From: an uncultured Methanosarcinales archaeon
GTDB lineage: Archaea; Nanobdellota; Nanobdellia; Woesearchaeales; GW2011-AR9
DNA: 44,413 nt
Direction: 5' to 3'
Assembly (NCBI GenBank): GCA_964639875.1
Contig: CAZXEM010000003.1
Span: 1 to 44,413, forward strand
In this document: in pieces, positions 19,431 through 27,664 of the stretch
How the letters are laid out: each line of letters opens with the position of its first letter
How positions within the stretch are numbered: position 1 is the stretch's first letter
Notes under the pieces: model-generated
Told to the model about the DNA's origin: nothing
What the model saw: the letters and a program-made list of their open reading frames with translations, nothing else
The model's database searches: none
Position numbers and translations under genes: made by a program

Positions 19431-20277
19431 TTTTATTATAATTCTTACTAAACAAAGAAAGTAACTGTTGATATTTTTTATATCCTTCAGCAATGTTAGA
19501 AGAAGAAAATGTAACTTCTCGTGGATTTGAATTATTATGTTTAACAGAATCAAGATGTAAATCAATATGCGAATCAACATCTTCTAATAAATAAGCATAA
19601 GGAACTAAAACTTTCCAATGAAAAATTTGTGCTTTGAAATCAGCCCGATTAATAGTATCAACATTTTTTAAAGTGGATGCTAAACTTTCTTTAATTTCGT
19701 TAAAGACAACGTCTTTATCTTTAAGTTGAGATTGATGTTGACTCAAAGAAACTTTAGTAGTTACAGTAGGAAGGTTAGGAATTAACTGTTTTATTTCTTC
19801 AACAGCATTATTAGTACCTGAAAGGAAAATCAGTTTAACACCATTATCTTTTGCCACTAAGACATTTAATCCACTTTCTCCAAATTCAACATTATTAATA
19901 AAAACCCCAGATATTAATTTTGTACTATTGGTGTGGGCACAATAAGAATAATGTTGGTTAGCTTTTCCATGATAACCTAAGAAAATACAATAATCAACTT
20001 GTTCAATCCCTTCAAGCATTGAAGTTCTTCGTTTATGTTTGTTAACAAAATTAATCTTTGAATTTAATAATTCAGGAAGAACATTCTTTCCTGACCCGTG
20101 GGCATCAACCAAATAAACTTCTTCAACGCCATTATTAAAACAACAATTAGCAACCACATTAATTTCTTCAGTCATCAGAAGACGGGCATCTTGATATTCT
20201 TGACTAGAAGTGTTTAGAAAACTGCCACCAGTAATTCCAGTAACTCCTTCAATGTCAGCAGAAATCAATATTTTCAT
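19420..20277 (-). CDS. dppA: D-aminopeptidase, peptidase family M55 (DppA-like)
   Basis: The N-terminus MKILISADIEGVTGI...ARLLMTEEINV closely parallels Bacillus DppA (MKLYMSVDMEGISG...LIMTEEAN). The ORF track begins two codons earlier, at 20283. Confidence 0.75.
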   Translation of the reverse strand: MKILISADIEGVTGITGGSFLNTSSQEYQDARLLMTEEINVVANCCFNNGVEEVYLVDAHGSGKNVLPELLNSKINFVNKHKRRTSMLEGIEQVDYCIFLGYHGKANQHYSYCAHTNSTKLISGVFINNVEFGESGLNVLVAKDNGVKLIFLSGTNNAVEEIKQLIPNLPTVTTKVSLSQHQSQLKDKDVVFNEIKESLASTLKNVDTINRADFKAQIFHWKVLVPYAYLLEDVDSHIDLHLDSVKHNNSNPREVTFSSSNIAEGYKKYQQLLSLFSKNYNKINN

Positions 20278-20335
20278 CCCCATACTAAAATCTACAAGCG
20301 AAATTAATTTATATAACTTTCCATTTACAAGATAA

Positions 20336-20941
20336 ATGGAACCTTATTTACAAACAACCGTGTTTACTACAGCTGCTTCCTCTTTATTAACTATTTTACA
20401 TTACTTTAATCCAGAAATCAAATTAAGTAAAGATAATGAGTTCAAGATCTGGCAAAGTACAGTTATTTTGCCAACAAGAGCATCTTCAATTTTTGCCCTA
20501 GCTGATTATGCATTGAAAGAAAAATTAAATCTTCAAGTGATTGTAGAAAGTAAAAATTATGAATTCCCTGATTATCGGTTTTATCGTTATAAAAAAGAGG
20601 ATGTTGAAAACGCAACATTTTCATCAAGATTATATCTGAAAAATGCTAAAAAAAACAATTTGGAAATAGTAGAAAGAAAGATTACTTTAGATGACGTTAA
20701 AGAATTATTACTGGAAAATGTTTTGTTGTTAAGAATTAATACTAAACCCATTCGTGGAGAAAAAAGGAACACCTCAAACTTTATTGTTTTACATGGTTAT
20801 GATGGAAATTATTTTCATATTATTGATCCACAATCAGGAGGATTGTCAATTTCTGAAGAAATAATGGAAGAATCATTTTCCACTTTAGAAACTAAAAAAT
20901 ATCGTGACCATCAAATGATTGTGTTTAAGAAAAATCTTTAA
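20336..20941 (+). CDS. peptidase C39-like fold protein without any cysteine
   Basis: Has the Q-x5-[T]AASSLLTILHYF N-terminal helix pattern and VLHGYDGNYFHIIDP (His/Asp pattern) of C39/BtrH-like papain-fold domains. The protein contains no Cys. TATA (TTTATATAAC) lies about 26 nt upstream. Confidence 0.45.
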   Translation: MEPYLQTTVFTTAASSLLTILHYFNPEIKLSKDNEFKIWQSTVILPTRASSIFALADYALKEKLNLQVIVESKNYEFPDYRFYRYKKEDVENATFSSRLYLKNAKKNNLEIVERKITLDDVKELLLENVLLLRINTKPIRGEKRNTSNFIVLHGYDGNYFHIIDPQSGGLSISEEIMEESFSTLETKKYRDHQMIVFKKNL

Positions 20942-21212
20942 TCTTCCCTTGATTAACTTTAATTTTTAACAATTCTTGTTCAGAAAGTTCTTTTTTCTTT
21001 AACCAATAAGTCCCTTTGTAAGAATCTTTTGCAAGATAATTAAAATTCACTAATTCTCTTCTAAAAAGAACATAATCATCAACATTAAAAGATTGAATGA
21101 TTTCATTAACTTCTTGCTCAGTATAAACTTTTTCATCTTCAAACTTTTGCATAATCTGAGTAAGAACTGTTTGCTTTTCTAAATCGTTAGAAGGCAGAAT
21201 CATTAATTTCAT
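20925..21212 (-). CDS. DUF2087-like small protein
   Basis: The stretch YTEQEVNEIIQSFNVDDYVLFRRELVNFNYLAKDSYKGTYW matches the DUF2087 pattern (E.EVN...D...LRR.LV....L.R...G..Y). ATGA overlap with the upstream GH3 gene. Confidence 0.6.
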   Translation of the reverse strand: MKLMILPSNDLEKQTVLTQIMQKFEDEKVYTEQEVNEIIQSFNVDDYVLFRRELVNFNYLAKDSYKGTYWLKKKELSEQELLKIKVNQGKIKDFS

Positions 21213-22306
21213 TTTACATTAAACCCCTTCGCTTCAAGAATCTTTTTTACCGAATTATCAATTTGTTCTTCAGGAATGTCCCCATTAAGAACAGCTTCTT
21301 TAACAGTTTCAATCATGTGAAAAATTTCGTTAGGATCTTCGTTAAAATTAATAATTAAATCGTTACCTGCACTAAACACTGCCCGGTACAAATCTTCTTT
21401 TGAATCAAAAAATTTCTGTAAACCTAACATCATTGTATCATCAGTAATTATTAAACCGTCAAATTTTTCTTTTAAAGTGTCTACTGCTTTCTTGGAAACT
21501 ACTGCGGGCTTACCTTCAGAATTAACTTCACCATAAGAAATAACATGAGTTACCATCATCGATTTAACATCACCTTTATCACCTAAATAATTGTAAGGAT
21601 AAATATCCTCTAGAACAATTTCTGCAGTTACCATATTTTTATGAGGATCTTTGATCACTAGAGCTTTGCCTGGATAATGTTTAGCAGTAGCAATTACTCC
21701 TTGACTTTGTAATCCCAAAATATAAGCTTCAGCTAATAGAGTAATCTCTTCTTCAGTACCAGGAAAAGTTCGGCAGTTCCATATTTCATCATCTAAATCT
21801 ACAACGGGCGCATAATTAATAGTAAATCCTAAATCGTGAAGGAACTTACCTTCATCACTACCTTTTTGAAAAGCTTCACCTACATTTTTAACTTCACTCA
21901 CTGAATAAAAATCTTTAAAGTTAGCAAACGGATTCCAACATCCTTCAAGATCAACAGTAACAAAGAATGGGATGACCATATCTTCCTGAAAATCGTTGAT
22001 TGTGTTTTTGAACAGTTCTTCATCTTTCATTGCAAAAAGATGGATCCCACCAATTTGCATATTTTTCCAAACATTCAAATTGTGTCTACCGCCATGGACA
22101 ATTACCATTTGAGCAATTTTCTGTTCTAAAGTTAAATCGTTAAGATTGACAGTGTTGTCTTGGATAGGGATAGGATTTTGTTCTGGAATTAACCAACCTT
22201 TAGCTTTAGCTACGTTCAACGTTCCGAGAACAAGAACTAAAACAATCAGAATTAGGAAAACTATTTCACTTCTTGTCCTTCCCTTTTTGTTATTATTTTT
22301 GACCAT
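21209..22306 (-). CDS. membrane-anchored glycoside hydrolase family 3 (NagZ-like beta-N-acetylhexosaminidase) domain protein
   Basis: N-terminal TM anchor (IVFLILIVLVLVLGTL). GH3 motifs KHYPGK...DPH, MMVTHV and ITDDTMM. Confidence 0.8.
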   Translation of the reverse strand: MVKNNNKKGRTRSEIVFLILIVLVLVLGTLNVAKAKGWLIPEQNPIPIQDNTVNLNDLTLEQKIAQMVIVHGGRHNLNVWKNMQIGGIHLFAMKDEELFKNTINDFQEDMVIPFFVTVDLEGCWNPFANFKDFYSVSEVKNVGEAFQKGSDEGKFLHDLGFTINYAPVVDLDDEIWNCRTFPGTEEEITLLAEAYILGLQSQGVIATAKHYPGKALVIKDPHKNMVTAEIVLEDIYPYNYLGDKGDVKSMMVTHVISYGEVNSEGKPAVVSKKAVDTLKEKFDGLIITDDTMMLGLQKFFDSKEDLYRAVFSAGNDLIINFNEDPNEIFHMIETVKEAVLNGDIPEEQIDNSVKKILEAKGFNVK

Positions 22307-22313
22307 AGTGTTT

Positions 22314-22658
22314 TTACCAAATTTCTAAATTACGACAATAATTGTAAGCTTTCTTGTTAAGTAAATATTTTAAATCATTTCCCGTTTGACATGACCAATC
22401 AGTTTTTTCAAGTTTATCTTTTTTACATTCTAACTGTTTTCTAGCTTCTACACAACAAGAATCAAGATTGTTCCACTCGTTAAAATTATTTTTATAATTA
22501 ACAATACAAAGTGGATTATCTTGGTCAAACAAATATTGTGCCTGCCCAATTGTTGGTAATTGAACATTAAACAAATTTAAAGTAAGTAATAAAGCAAGAA
22601 AAACTAGTGAAATGTTCGCTATCACCATCACTTTTTTGTTTTCACTATACTTAACCAT
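22314..22658 (-). CDS. small membrane-anchored Cys-rich protein
   Basis: 114 aa with an N-terminal TM helix and 6 Cys in the ectodomain. TATA-like box about 27 nt upstream. Confidence 0.5.
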   Translation of the reverse strand: MVKYSENKKVMVIANISLVFLALLLTLNLFNVQLPTIGQAQYLFDQDNPLCIVNYKNNFNEWNNLDSCCVEARKQLECKKDKLEKTDWSCQTGNDLKYLLNKKAYNYCRNLEIW

Positions 22659-22762
22659 ATGATTATGTTAATTAAAAACAATATATAAAACTTTGTTTAA
22701 AAATAGAAATTTTCAAAATAGTATCGTTAAATTTAAAAAAGACGCTAATTCATAACAAATCA

Positions 22763-24550
22763 ATGATAATCAGAAAAGTCCTTTTAACTGTAGTTGGTCA
22801 TGTTGATCATGGTAAAACCTCTTTATTAGATCAGATTAGAAGTTCGGTTGTAACTGCAGGAGAAGCAGGAGCAATAACTCAAGCAATAGGAGTTTCCACA
22901 ATCCCTATTGAAACTATTAAAAAAATATGCGGTCCGTTACTTGACGCGTTTAAAGGTAATTTAACTGTTCCCGGCTTACTTGCAATTGATACGCCGGGCC
23001 ACGCAGCATTCACTTCATTAAGAAAACGTGGCGGTTCTTTAGCGGATATTGCAATCTTAATCGTAGACATTAATGAAGGATTAAAACCGCAAACAATTGA
23101 ATCGATTGAAATTCTTAAAAATAATAAAGTTCCGTTCATTATCGCTGCAAACAAAATCGACTTAATCCATGGTTGGAATTATGATGATAAAAAGTTACTT
23201 ATGCAAAACGTAGCAGAAATGAACACAGAAATTCAAGGACAATTTGAAAAGAAAATGTATGAATTGGTAGGAAAGATGCACGAATTTGAATTTCAAGCAG
23301 AACGGTTTGATCGAGTAGAAGATTATACTAAACAAGTTGCGATAGTACCAATATCTGCAAAAACTGGTCAAGGCATTCCAGAATTATTAATGGTCCTTAC
23401 TGGACTTGCCCAAAAATTTCTTGAAAAAAAGTTAGAAATTGAAAATACTGGAAATTGTAAAGGAACAATCCTTGAAGTTAAAGAAGAGAAAGGGTTAGGG
23501 ACAACAATCGATACAATAATTTACAACGGACAATTAAAAGTTAACGACACTTTGGTTATCGGCGGAATTGATGAACCTATCGTTGTTAAAATTAGAGCAC
23601 TTCTTGAACCTGCAGACCTTTGCGATATGCGAGAAAAGAAAAGTAGATTCAAAAATGTTAAAGAAGTTTCTGCGGCAACAGGTGTAAAAATTTCTGCTCC
23701 TGGTTTAGAAAGTGCAATGGCCGGCATGCCAGTAAGAAGTTGTTCTGGAAAACCTGAAGAAGTTGAAGAGATGAAAAAAGAAGTTCGGGAAGAAGTTGGC
23801 GAAATTGTTATGGAATGTGATGAATGTATTGGAGTAATAATTAAAGCTGACACTATCGGCGGCTTGGAAGCGTTAAGAAACTTATTAGAAGAAAAACAAA
23901 TTCCCATTTCTTCAGCATCATTAGGAGATTTATCTAAAAAAGATTTTTCTAAACTGGAATCATTAAGAGAGAAAGAAGAATTCAGTGCAGTAATTCTTGG
24001 ATTTAATGTTAAAATTTCTGATGAGTTAGAAGAGTATGCAAAAAGTAAGAAATTTAAATTAATTACTAACGATGTGATTTACAAGATTATTGAAGATTAT
24101 GAAGAATATCAAAAAAAACTTAGACATGAGATAGAAGTTAAAGAACTTTCAAGACTGGTTAGACCTTGTAAATTTGCAATTCTTAAAGGTTATACTTTCC
24201 GTCAAAGTAATCCCGCAATTGTTGGAGTGGAAATAGAAATTGGCAGAATAAAAACTGGCGACCCAGTAATGAATATGCAAGGTAAACAAATCAGTTCTGT
24301 CAAAAGTATGCAAGAAGGAAAAGATTCGGTAAGTTTAGCTGAGCAAGGTAAACAAATTGCGATGAGTTTGGATGGAGTTACTGTTGGTAGACAAATTGAA
24401 GAAGGAGATTTTTTGTATACAGGTGTTCCTGAAGAAGATTTCAAAAAATTGAAAGAATTAAAAAGTAACCTTACAAAAATGGAAATTGAAGTTCTTAAAG
24501 AAGTAGCAGAAATTAAACGTAAAGATAACCCAGTCTGGGGAGTTGGCTAA
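22763..24550 (+). CDS. infB: translation initiation factor aIF5B (IF2 homologue)
   Basis: GTPase motifs GHVDHGKTS, DTPGH and NKID. 595 aa with the archaeal aIF5B architecture. TATA-like AAATTTAAAAAAG about 27 nt upstream. Confidence 0.95.
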   Translation: MIIRKVLLTVVGHVDHGKTSLLDQIRSSVVTAGEAGAITQAIGVSTIPIETIKKICGPLLDAFKGNLTVPGLLAIDTPGHAAFTSLRKRGGSLADIAILIVDINEGLKPQTIESIEILKNNKVPFIIAANKIDLIHGWNYDDKKLLMQNVAEMNTEIQGQFEKKMYELVGKMHEFEFQAERFDRVEDYTKQVAIVPISAKTGQGIPELLMVLTGLAQKFLEKKLEIENTGNCKGTILEVKEEKGLGTTIDTIIYNGQLKVNDTLVIGGIDEPIVVKIRALLEPADLCDMREKKSRFKNVKEVSAATGVKISAPGLESAMAGMPVRSCSGKPEEVEEMKKEVREEVGEIVMECDECIGVIIKADTIGGLEALRNLLEEKQIPISSASLGDLSKKDFSKLESLREKEEFSAVILGFNVKISDELEEYAKSKKFKLITNDVIYKIIEDYEEYQKKLRHEIEVKELSRLVRPCKFAILKGYTFRQSNPAIVGVEIEIGRIKTGDPVMNMQGKQISSVKSMQEGKDSVSLAEQGKQIAMSLDGVTVGRQIEEGDFLYTGVPEEDFKKLKELKSNLTKMEIEVLKEVAEIKRKDNPVWGVG

Positions 24551-24552
24551 AT

Positions 24553-24777
24553 TTAAATTTGTTTTCTTGTTTTCTCATCTAATCCTACTGAATTTGGAGA
24601 ATAGTCTAAAGCATCCAAATGATCTAACCGTCTTAAATCATATTCATTAACAACTCTTAAAGAAGCCACAGTAGGATCAATGTTTACTGGTTCAGTCAGT
24701 TCCGCTTGATTATTGTCAAAAGACAAGTAAAGCTCTTCATATTCATTAGGTCCACAAAATGTTTTATCATCAATCAT
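24553..24777 (-). CDS. hypothetical small acidic protein
   Basis: The ORF-track start at 24795 is TTG. The first ATG at 24777 lies about 30 nt downstream of ATATATATAAC. No motifs. Confidence 0.4.
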   Translation of the reverse strand: MIDDKTFCGPNEYEELYLSFDNNQAELTEPVNIDPTVASLRVVNEYDLRRLDHLDALDYSPNSVGLDEKTRKQI

Positions 24778-24879
24778 CGTTATACAAGTAAACAATATAT
24801 GTTATATATATTTTACGTTACTCCAGATTATATGTTTAAAGCAATAAAGTTTAAATAAAACCTTCTTTTCAAGCTAATC

Positions 24880-25044
24880 ATGGCTAAATGTAACATTTGT
24901 GGAAATAAAATTGCAGAATTATTTCTAGGAAAATTGAAAGGTACAATTATCAAAAAGGAAGGCAAGAATAAACAATACACTATTTGTTTTGAATGTCAAA
25001 AGAAATTTCCGAGTAAAGAAGAATTGTTAAAACAGATTAAATAA
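24880..25044 (+). CDS. 54-aa zinc-ribbon protein (not in ORF track)
   Basis: Translation: MAKCNICGNKIAELFLGKLKGTIIKKEGKNKQYTICFECQKKFPSKEELLKQIK. Two CxxC pairs. TATA-like AGTTTAAATAAAAC about 25 nt upstream of the ATG. Confidence 0.55.
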   Translation: MAKCNICGNKIAELFLGKLKGTIIKKEGKNKQYTICFECQKKFPSKEELLKQIK

Positions 25045-25137
25045 GTTAATATTCGTGCCCCAGCAAATGGCGTCCCATTTGATAAGACAGGCGACATGCG
25101 CTTCGCTTAGTCCCATTAAAAAAATAAAAAAAATTAT

Positions 25138-25223
25138 GCCCCTGTGGCTTAGTAGCTATAGCGACTGCCTCGTATTTAAGAAAAGAAAGCAGTAGATCGG
25201 GAGTGCAACTCTCCCCAGGGGCT
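25138..25223 (+). tRNA. tRNA-Thr(CGU)-like gene with 13-nt insertion 3' of position 37 and non-canonical D/T loops
   Basis: Acceptor GCCCCUG/CAGGGGC, D arm GCU(U)-AGUAGCUA-(U)AGC, anticodon arm ACUGC-CUCGUA[UUUAAGAAAAGAA]A-GCAGU, T arm GGGAG-UGCAACU-CUCCC. G at position 55 and no GG in the D-loop are atypical. No CCA is encoded. Confidence 0.55.
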
Positions 25224-25224
25224 T
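25215..25224 (+). repeat. direct repeat copy 1 (CCAGGGGCTT), 3' acceptor end of the tRNA-Thr-like gene
   Basis: An identical 10-mer recurs at 25282-25291. Confidence 0.8.
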
Positions 25225-25281
25225 GAGCAAAGCGAAAGAAACTGGGGAGCCCAAAGGGAAAACTATCCCTTTGTATGCTCA

Positions 25282-25291
25282 CCAGGGGCTT
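25282..25291 (+). repeat. direct repeat copy 2 (CCAGGGGCTT), followed by TTTTT
   Basis: Identical to 25215-25224. The T5 run (25290-25294) is a plausible archaeal termination signal. Confidence 0.8.
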
Positions 25292-25302
25292 TTTATATCA
25301 AA

Positions 25303-25788
25303 ATGCCAAAATTAATCTTAATTAAAGGACCAGCAGGAGTGGGGAAAACTACTATCTGTAAACATCTTTCTAAAAAATTAAAAAATTTTAATTATGTTAA
25401 TTTAGAAGAATTTAAAGAAAAATTTAATCATTTGGAACGTACAGAAAGAAAAATTAAAGCCCATCAATTATATTATCCTAAAATCAAAAAACTAATTGAG
25501 AGAAAAAACAACATCCTTCTTCAAGAATCTTTCTTAAAAGATCTTAATAAAAAACTAGGAAAAGAACTGAAAAATAATAAATACAATATTATTTCTATTT
25601 TCTTAAAAGCTTCTTTAAAAGAAACTAAAAAAAGAAATGAAGAAAGAAAACAAAAAACTGCTTCTGAAGAATATATGAAAAAAAGTTATTCTTATCTTGC
25701 AGTTCCAGAAGCAAAAGATATTATTATTGATGTAGAAAATATTTCTATAAAAGAAACAGTTGATTTAATTATGAATTTATTAAAGTGA
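25303..25788 (+). CDS. P-loop NTPase / small-molecule or nucleotide kinase-like protein
   Basis: Walker A GPAGVGKTT at residues 9-17. 161 aa with an adenylate-kinase-like size and layout. Confidence 0.65.
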   Translation: MPKLILIKGPAGVGKTTICKHLSKKLKNFNYVNLEEFKEKFNHLERTERKIKAHQLYYPKIKKLIERKNNILLQESFLKDLNKKLGKELKNNKYNIISIFLKASLKETKKRNEERKQKTASEEYMKKSYSYLAVPEAKDIIIDVENISIKETVDLIMNLLK

Positions 25789-25800
25789 ATGAATTATTGA

Positions 25801-26616
25801 TTAACCTATACTTTCTAAATCTTGAATTCTTTTATCAGCGGATATTGCTGTTGAAAAGAAGTGCCAAAATATTTTTTGTAACCAATGTACCCAATCTTCA
25901 TCAGAAATTGAATAAAACAAATAAGTGTTTTTGGCAGTTTTCTTCAAGAAATATTTTTCCTTAATTCTAACAAGATTATCATCAACAATAAAAGCTCTTA
26001 ACGGTTGCTGACAATGACGAATTTCAATCAAATCTTTACCAAATTCATGATTCAATTCTTTTATTCCCTTAACATTTTTTACGGAATTTAAGTCAATATT
26101 AGCTAAGATTTTAATGGGGACATTTTTATTAAGTAAATTTTCAAAAGATTTCAATAACTTTTCTTTACCTTGTTTAGCTTTTGCCCAAGACAAATCTCCT
26201 GAGAATATTAATACCTGTTTCTCACTATCAGAAATAGTTTTAATCAGATCTTGTTTAATGTTTAAATTATCTTCTTGTTCCTCAATAAAACTTTCTCGAC
26301 CCGCATCAGAAACATATTGATAAATGTCAAATGGACTAAAATCAGATTTGTGTTTACAATTAATTATCCGTTGAAAGAGCATCTCCTGAAATGTTGACTG
26401 ATTTTTATTAATTAAATTCCAATAAACAATCTTTAATGCTCCTCTTGTTCCACCACGGAAAGTTCTTACGGCAATTGTTCCTTGTTCTTCACTAATCTTT
26501 TGCACGTAAGAATCTGCGGTACGCCAGTTTTTACCAATAAACTGAGCAATTTCTTGAACAGTTCTTGGTTTCTGCGCAACCAAATTGTTAATTTTAGAAA
26601 CAGTTTCTTTTTTCAT
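25801..26616 (-). CDS. TrmB-like winged-helix transcriptional regulator
   Basis: N-terminal wHTH (KPRTVQEIAQFIGKNWRTADSYVQKI). The C-terminal domain pattern ...LIEIRHCQQPLRAFIVDDNLVRIKE resembles the TrmB C-terminal (PLD-like fold) domain. Confidence 0.6.
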   Translation of the reverse strand: MKKETVSKINNLVAQKPRTVQEIAQFIGKNWRTADSYVQKISEEQGTIAVRTFRGGTRGALKIVYWNLINKNQSTFQEMLFQRIINCKHKSDFSPFDIYQYVSDAGRESFIEEQEDNLNIKQDLIKTISDSEKQVLIFSGDLSWAKAKQGKEKLLKSFENLLNKNVPIKILANIDLNSVKNVKGIKELNHEFGKDLIEIRHCQQPLRAFIVDDNLVRIKEKYFLKKTAKNTYLFYSISDEDWVHWLQKIFWHFFSTAISADKRIQDLESIG

Positions 26617-26694
26617 AATGAGTTAAAAGCACAACACCAATATAAATTTTTTGTAAGAAACAAACATATTTTCTACAACACCATTGTAAAGAGT

Positions 26695-27138
26695 ATGGAA
26701 AATGAAAATATTGAAAAGATTGTTGAAAAATTGGCTATTGATTATGTGTACTCTTTAACCGAGTTTGAAGATAAAAAAATTGAAATTATAAAAAAAGATC
26801 TTGATGAAGAAAATGCTTATACTTTAATTTTGTCCAATATAAAAAAACAAGATAATGTTTATTATTTAAACTCAAATGAAAATATTATCTACAAACCCGT
26901 TTTAGGTAAAAAAAGTGTTCAAAAACTGATTAAAGCCGTTAAGAATAAATACGACTTTCCAACAAAACAGTTTACTATTTTTGAAATTGATGCAAAAATA
27001 AAAAATAAATTTCCAAAGAGATTAAGTGAATTTATTTTGGGTAAAGAAAATACAGTATATGAACTAAGTAAAGGATTTTTTGTTAGAGAGTTGTATTTGT
27101 GCGATGTAATTAAAAATTGGGATTATGAGGATTTCTAA
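26695..27138 (+). CDS. hypothetical protein (orphan operon gene 1)
   Basis: The first ATG not overlapping the divergent regulator is at 26695; the ORF-track N-terminal extension from 26482 is antisense to 25801-26616. 147 aa. Confidence 0.5.
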   Translation: MENENIEKIVEKLAIDYVYSLTEFEDKKIEIIKKDLDEENAYTLILSNIKKQDNVYYLNSNENIIYKPVLGKKSVQKLIKAVKNKYDFPTKQFTIFEIDAKIKNKFPKRLSEFILGKENTVYELSKGFFVRELYLCDVIKNWDYEDF

Positions 27139-27139
27139 A

Positions 27140-27664
27140 ATGTTAGAAGAAAAAGTTAATCAAATTTGGAGTGAAGAACAATCAATTCTAGCAGAGATTG
27201 ATTCTTATGATATTAAGAAAAATAAATTGTGTGATAAATTTGAACAAGATATTAAAATTCTAAAAACAGAAAAAAACAGAAAAAGATATCAATTACAACA
27301 CTTTTACCAAATGAGTATCTCAACATTATTTAATCAAGCATTAGAAACAATCAAAAAAAATGATAAAGCCCCAACTTCTATCGAAATATTAAGCAAATTT
27401 GATAAAGAAGAACTGGGAACAAGAGAGTATCATTCTTATTTTCTTTTAAAGAAAAGTAATAGAGAAATATTCATGTTTCCAGAGTCATATAATGGTTATG
27501 GTGGGTGGATGCGCGATTCAAACAAAGAACAAACAATCACTTTTGAAGAATTAATTTATGATAACAAAACTAACAGTAGCGATATCAAAGAGTTGTATAA
27601 AAATTTGAAGAAAGTAATTCAAGAATATGGGGGAAATGATGGAAAAGAAACAGGCAACGATTGA
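27140..27664 (+). CDS. hypothetical protein (orphan operon gene 2)
   Basis: The ATG sits 1 nt after the upstream stop; an alternative ATG at 27125 overlaps the upstream gene. Coiled-coil N-terminal half, no motifs. Confidence 0.5.
   Translation: MLEEKVNQIWSEEQSILAEIDSYDIKKNKLCDKFEQDIKILKTEKNRKRYQLQHFYQMSISTLFNQALETIKKNDKAPTSIEILSKFDKEELGTREYHSYFLLKKSNREIFMFPESYNGYGGWMRDSNKEQTITFEELIYDNKTNSSDIKELYKNLKKVIQEYGGNDGKETGND

Noticed and set aside
25046-25282. 78-aa minus-strand ORF spanning the GC-rich island.
   Set aside because: It runs antisense through the tRNA-like cloverleaf and the flanking hairpins. The open frame is best explained by the local GC richness of structured RNA, not by coding.
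25215-25291. The 10-nt duplication of the tRNA 3' end as attL/attR of an integrated element.
   Set aside because: The copies are only 58 nt apart and enclose no genes. I saw no further copy and no integrase downstream in the window. An integration relic remains possible but is unsupported.
25055-25292. Whether the GC-rich flanks of the tRNA-Thr-like gene are SRP RNA, RNase P RNA, an H/ACA or C/D sRNA, or halves of a split or permuted tRNA.
   Set aside because: I found no GGAAAGUCC-type CR-I motif or ACAGAAA-type RNase P motif, and no SRP helix-8-like motif. There is no UGAUGA/CUGA box pair and no ACA box 3' of a pocket-containing hairpin. No T-arm or D-arm could be drawn in either flank on either strand. 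It is left as unclassified (see findings).
26482-26694. N-terminal 71-codon extension of the 26482-27138 ORF.
   Set aside because: It overlaps the 5' end of the divergent regulator gene (25801-26616) antisense and translates to low-complexity F/N-rich sequence. An internal ATG at 26695 lies downstream of a TATA-like CAATATAAATTTT.
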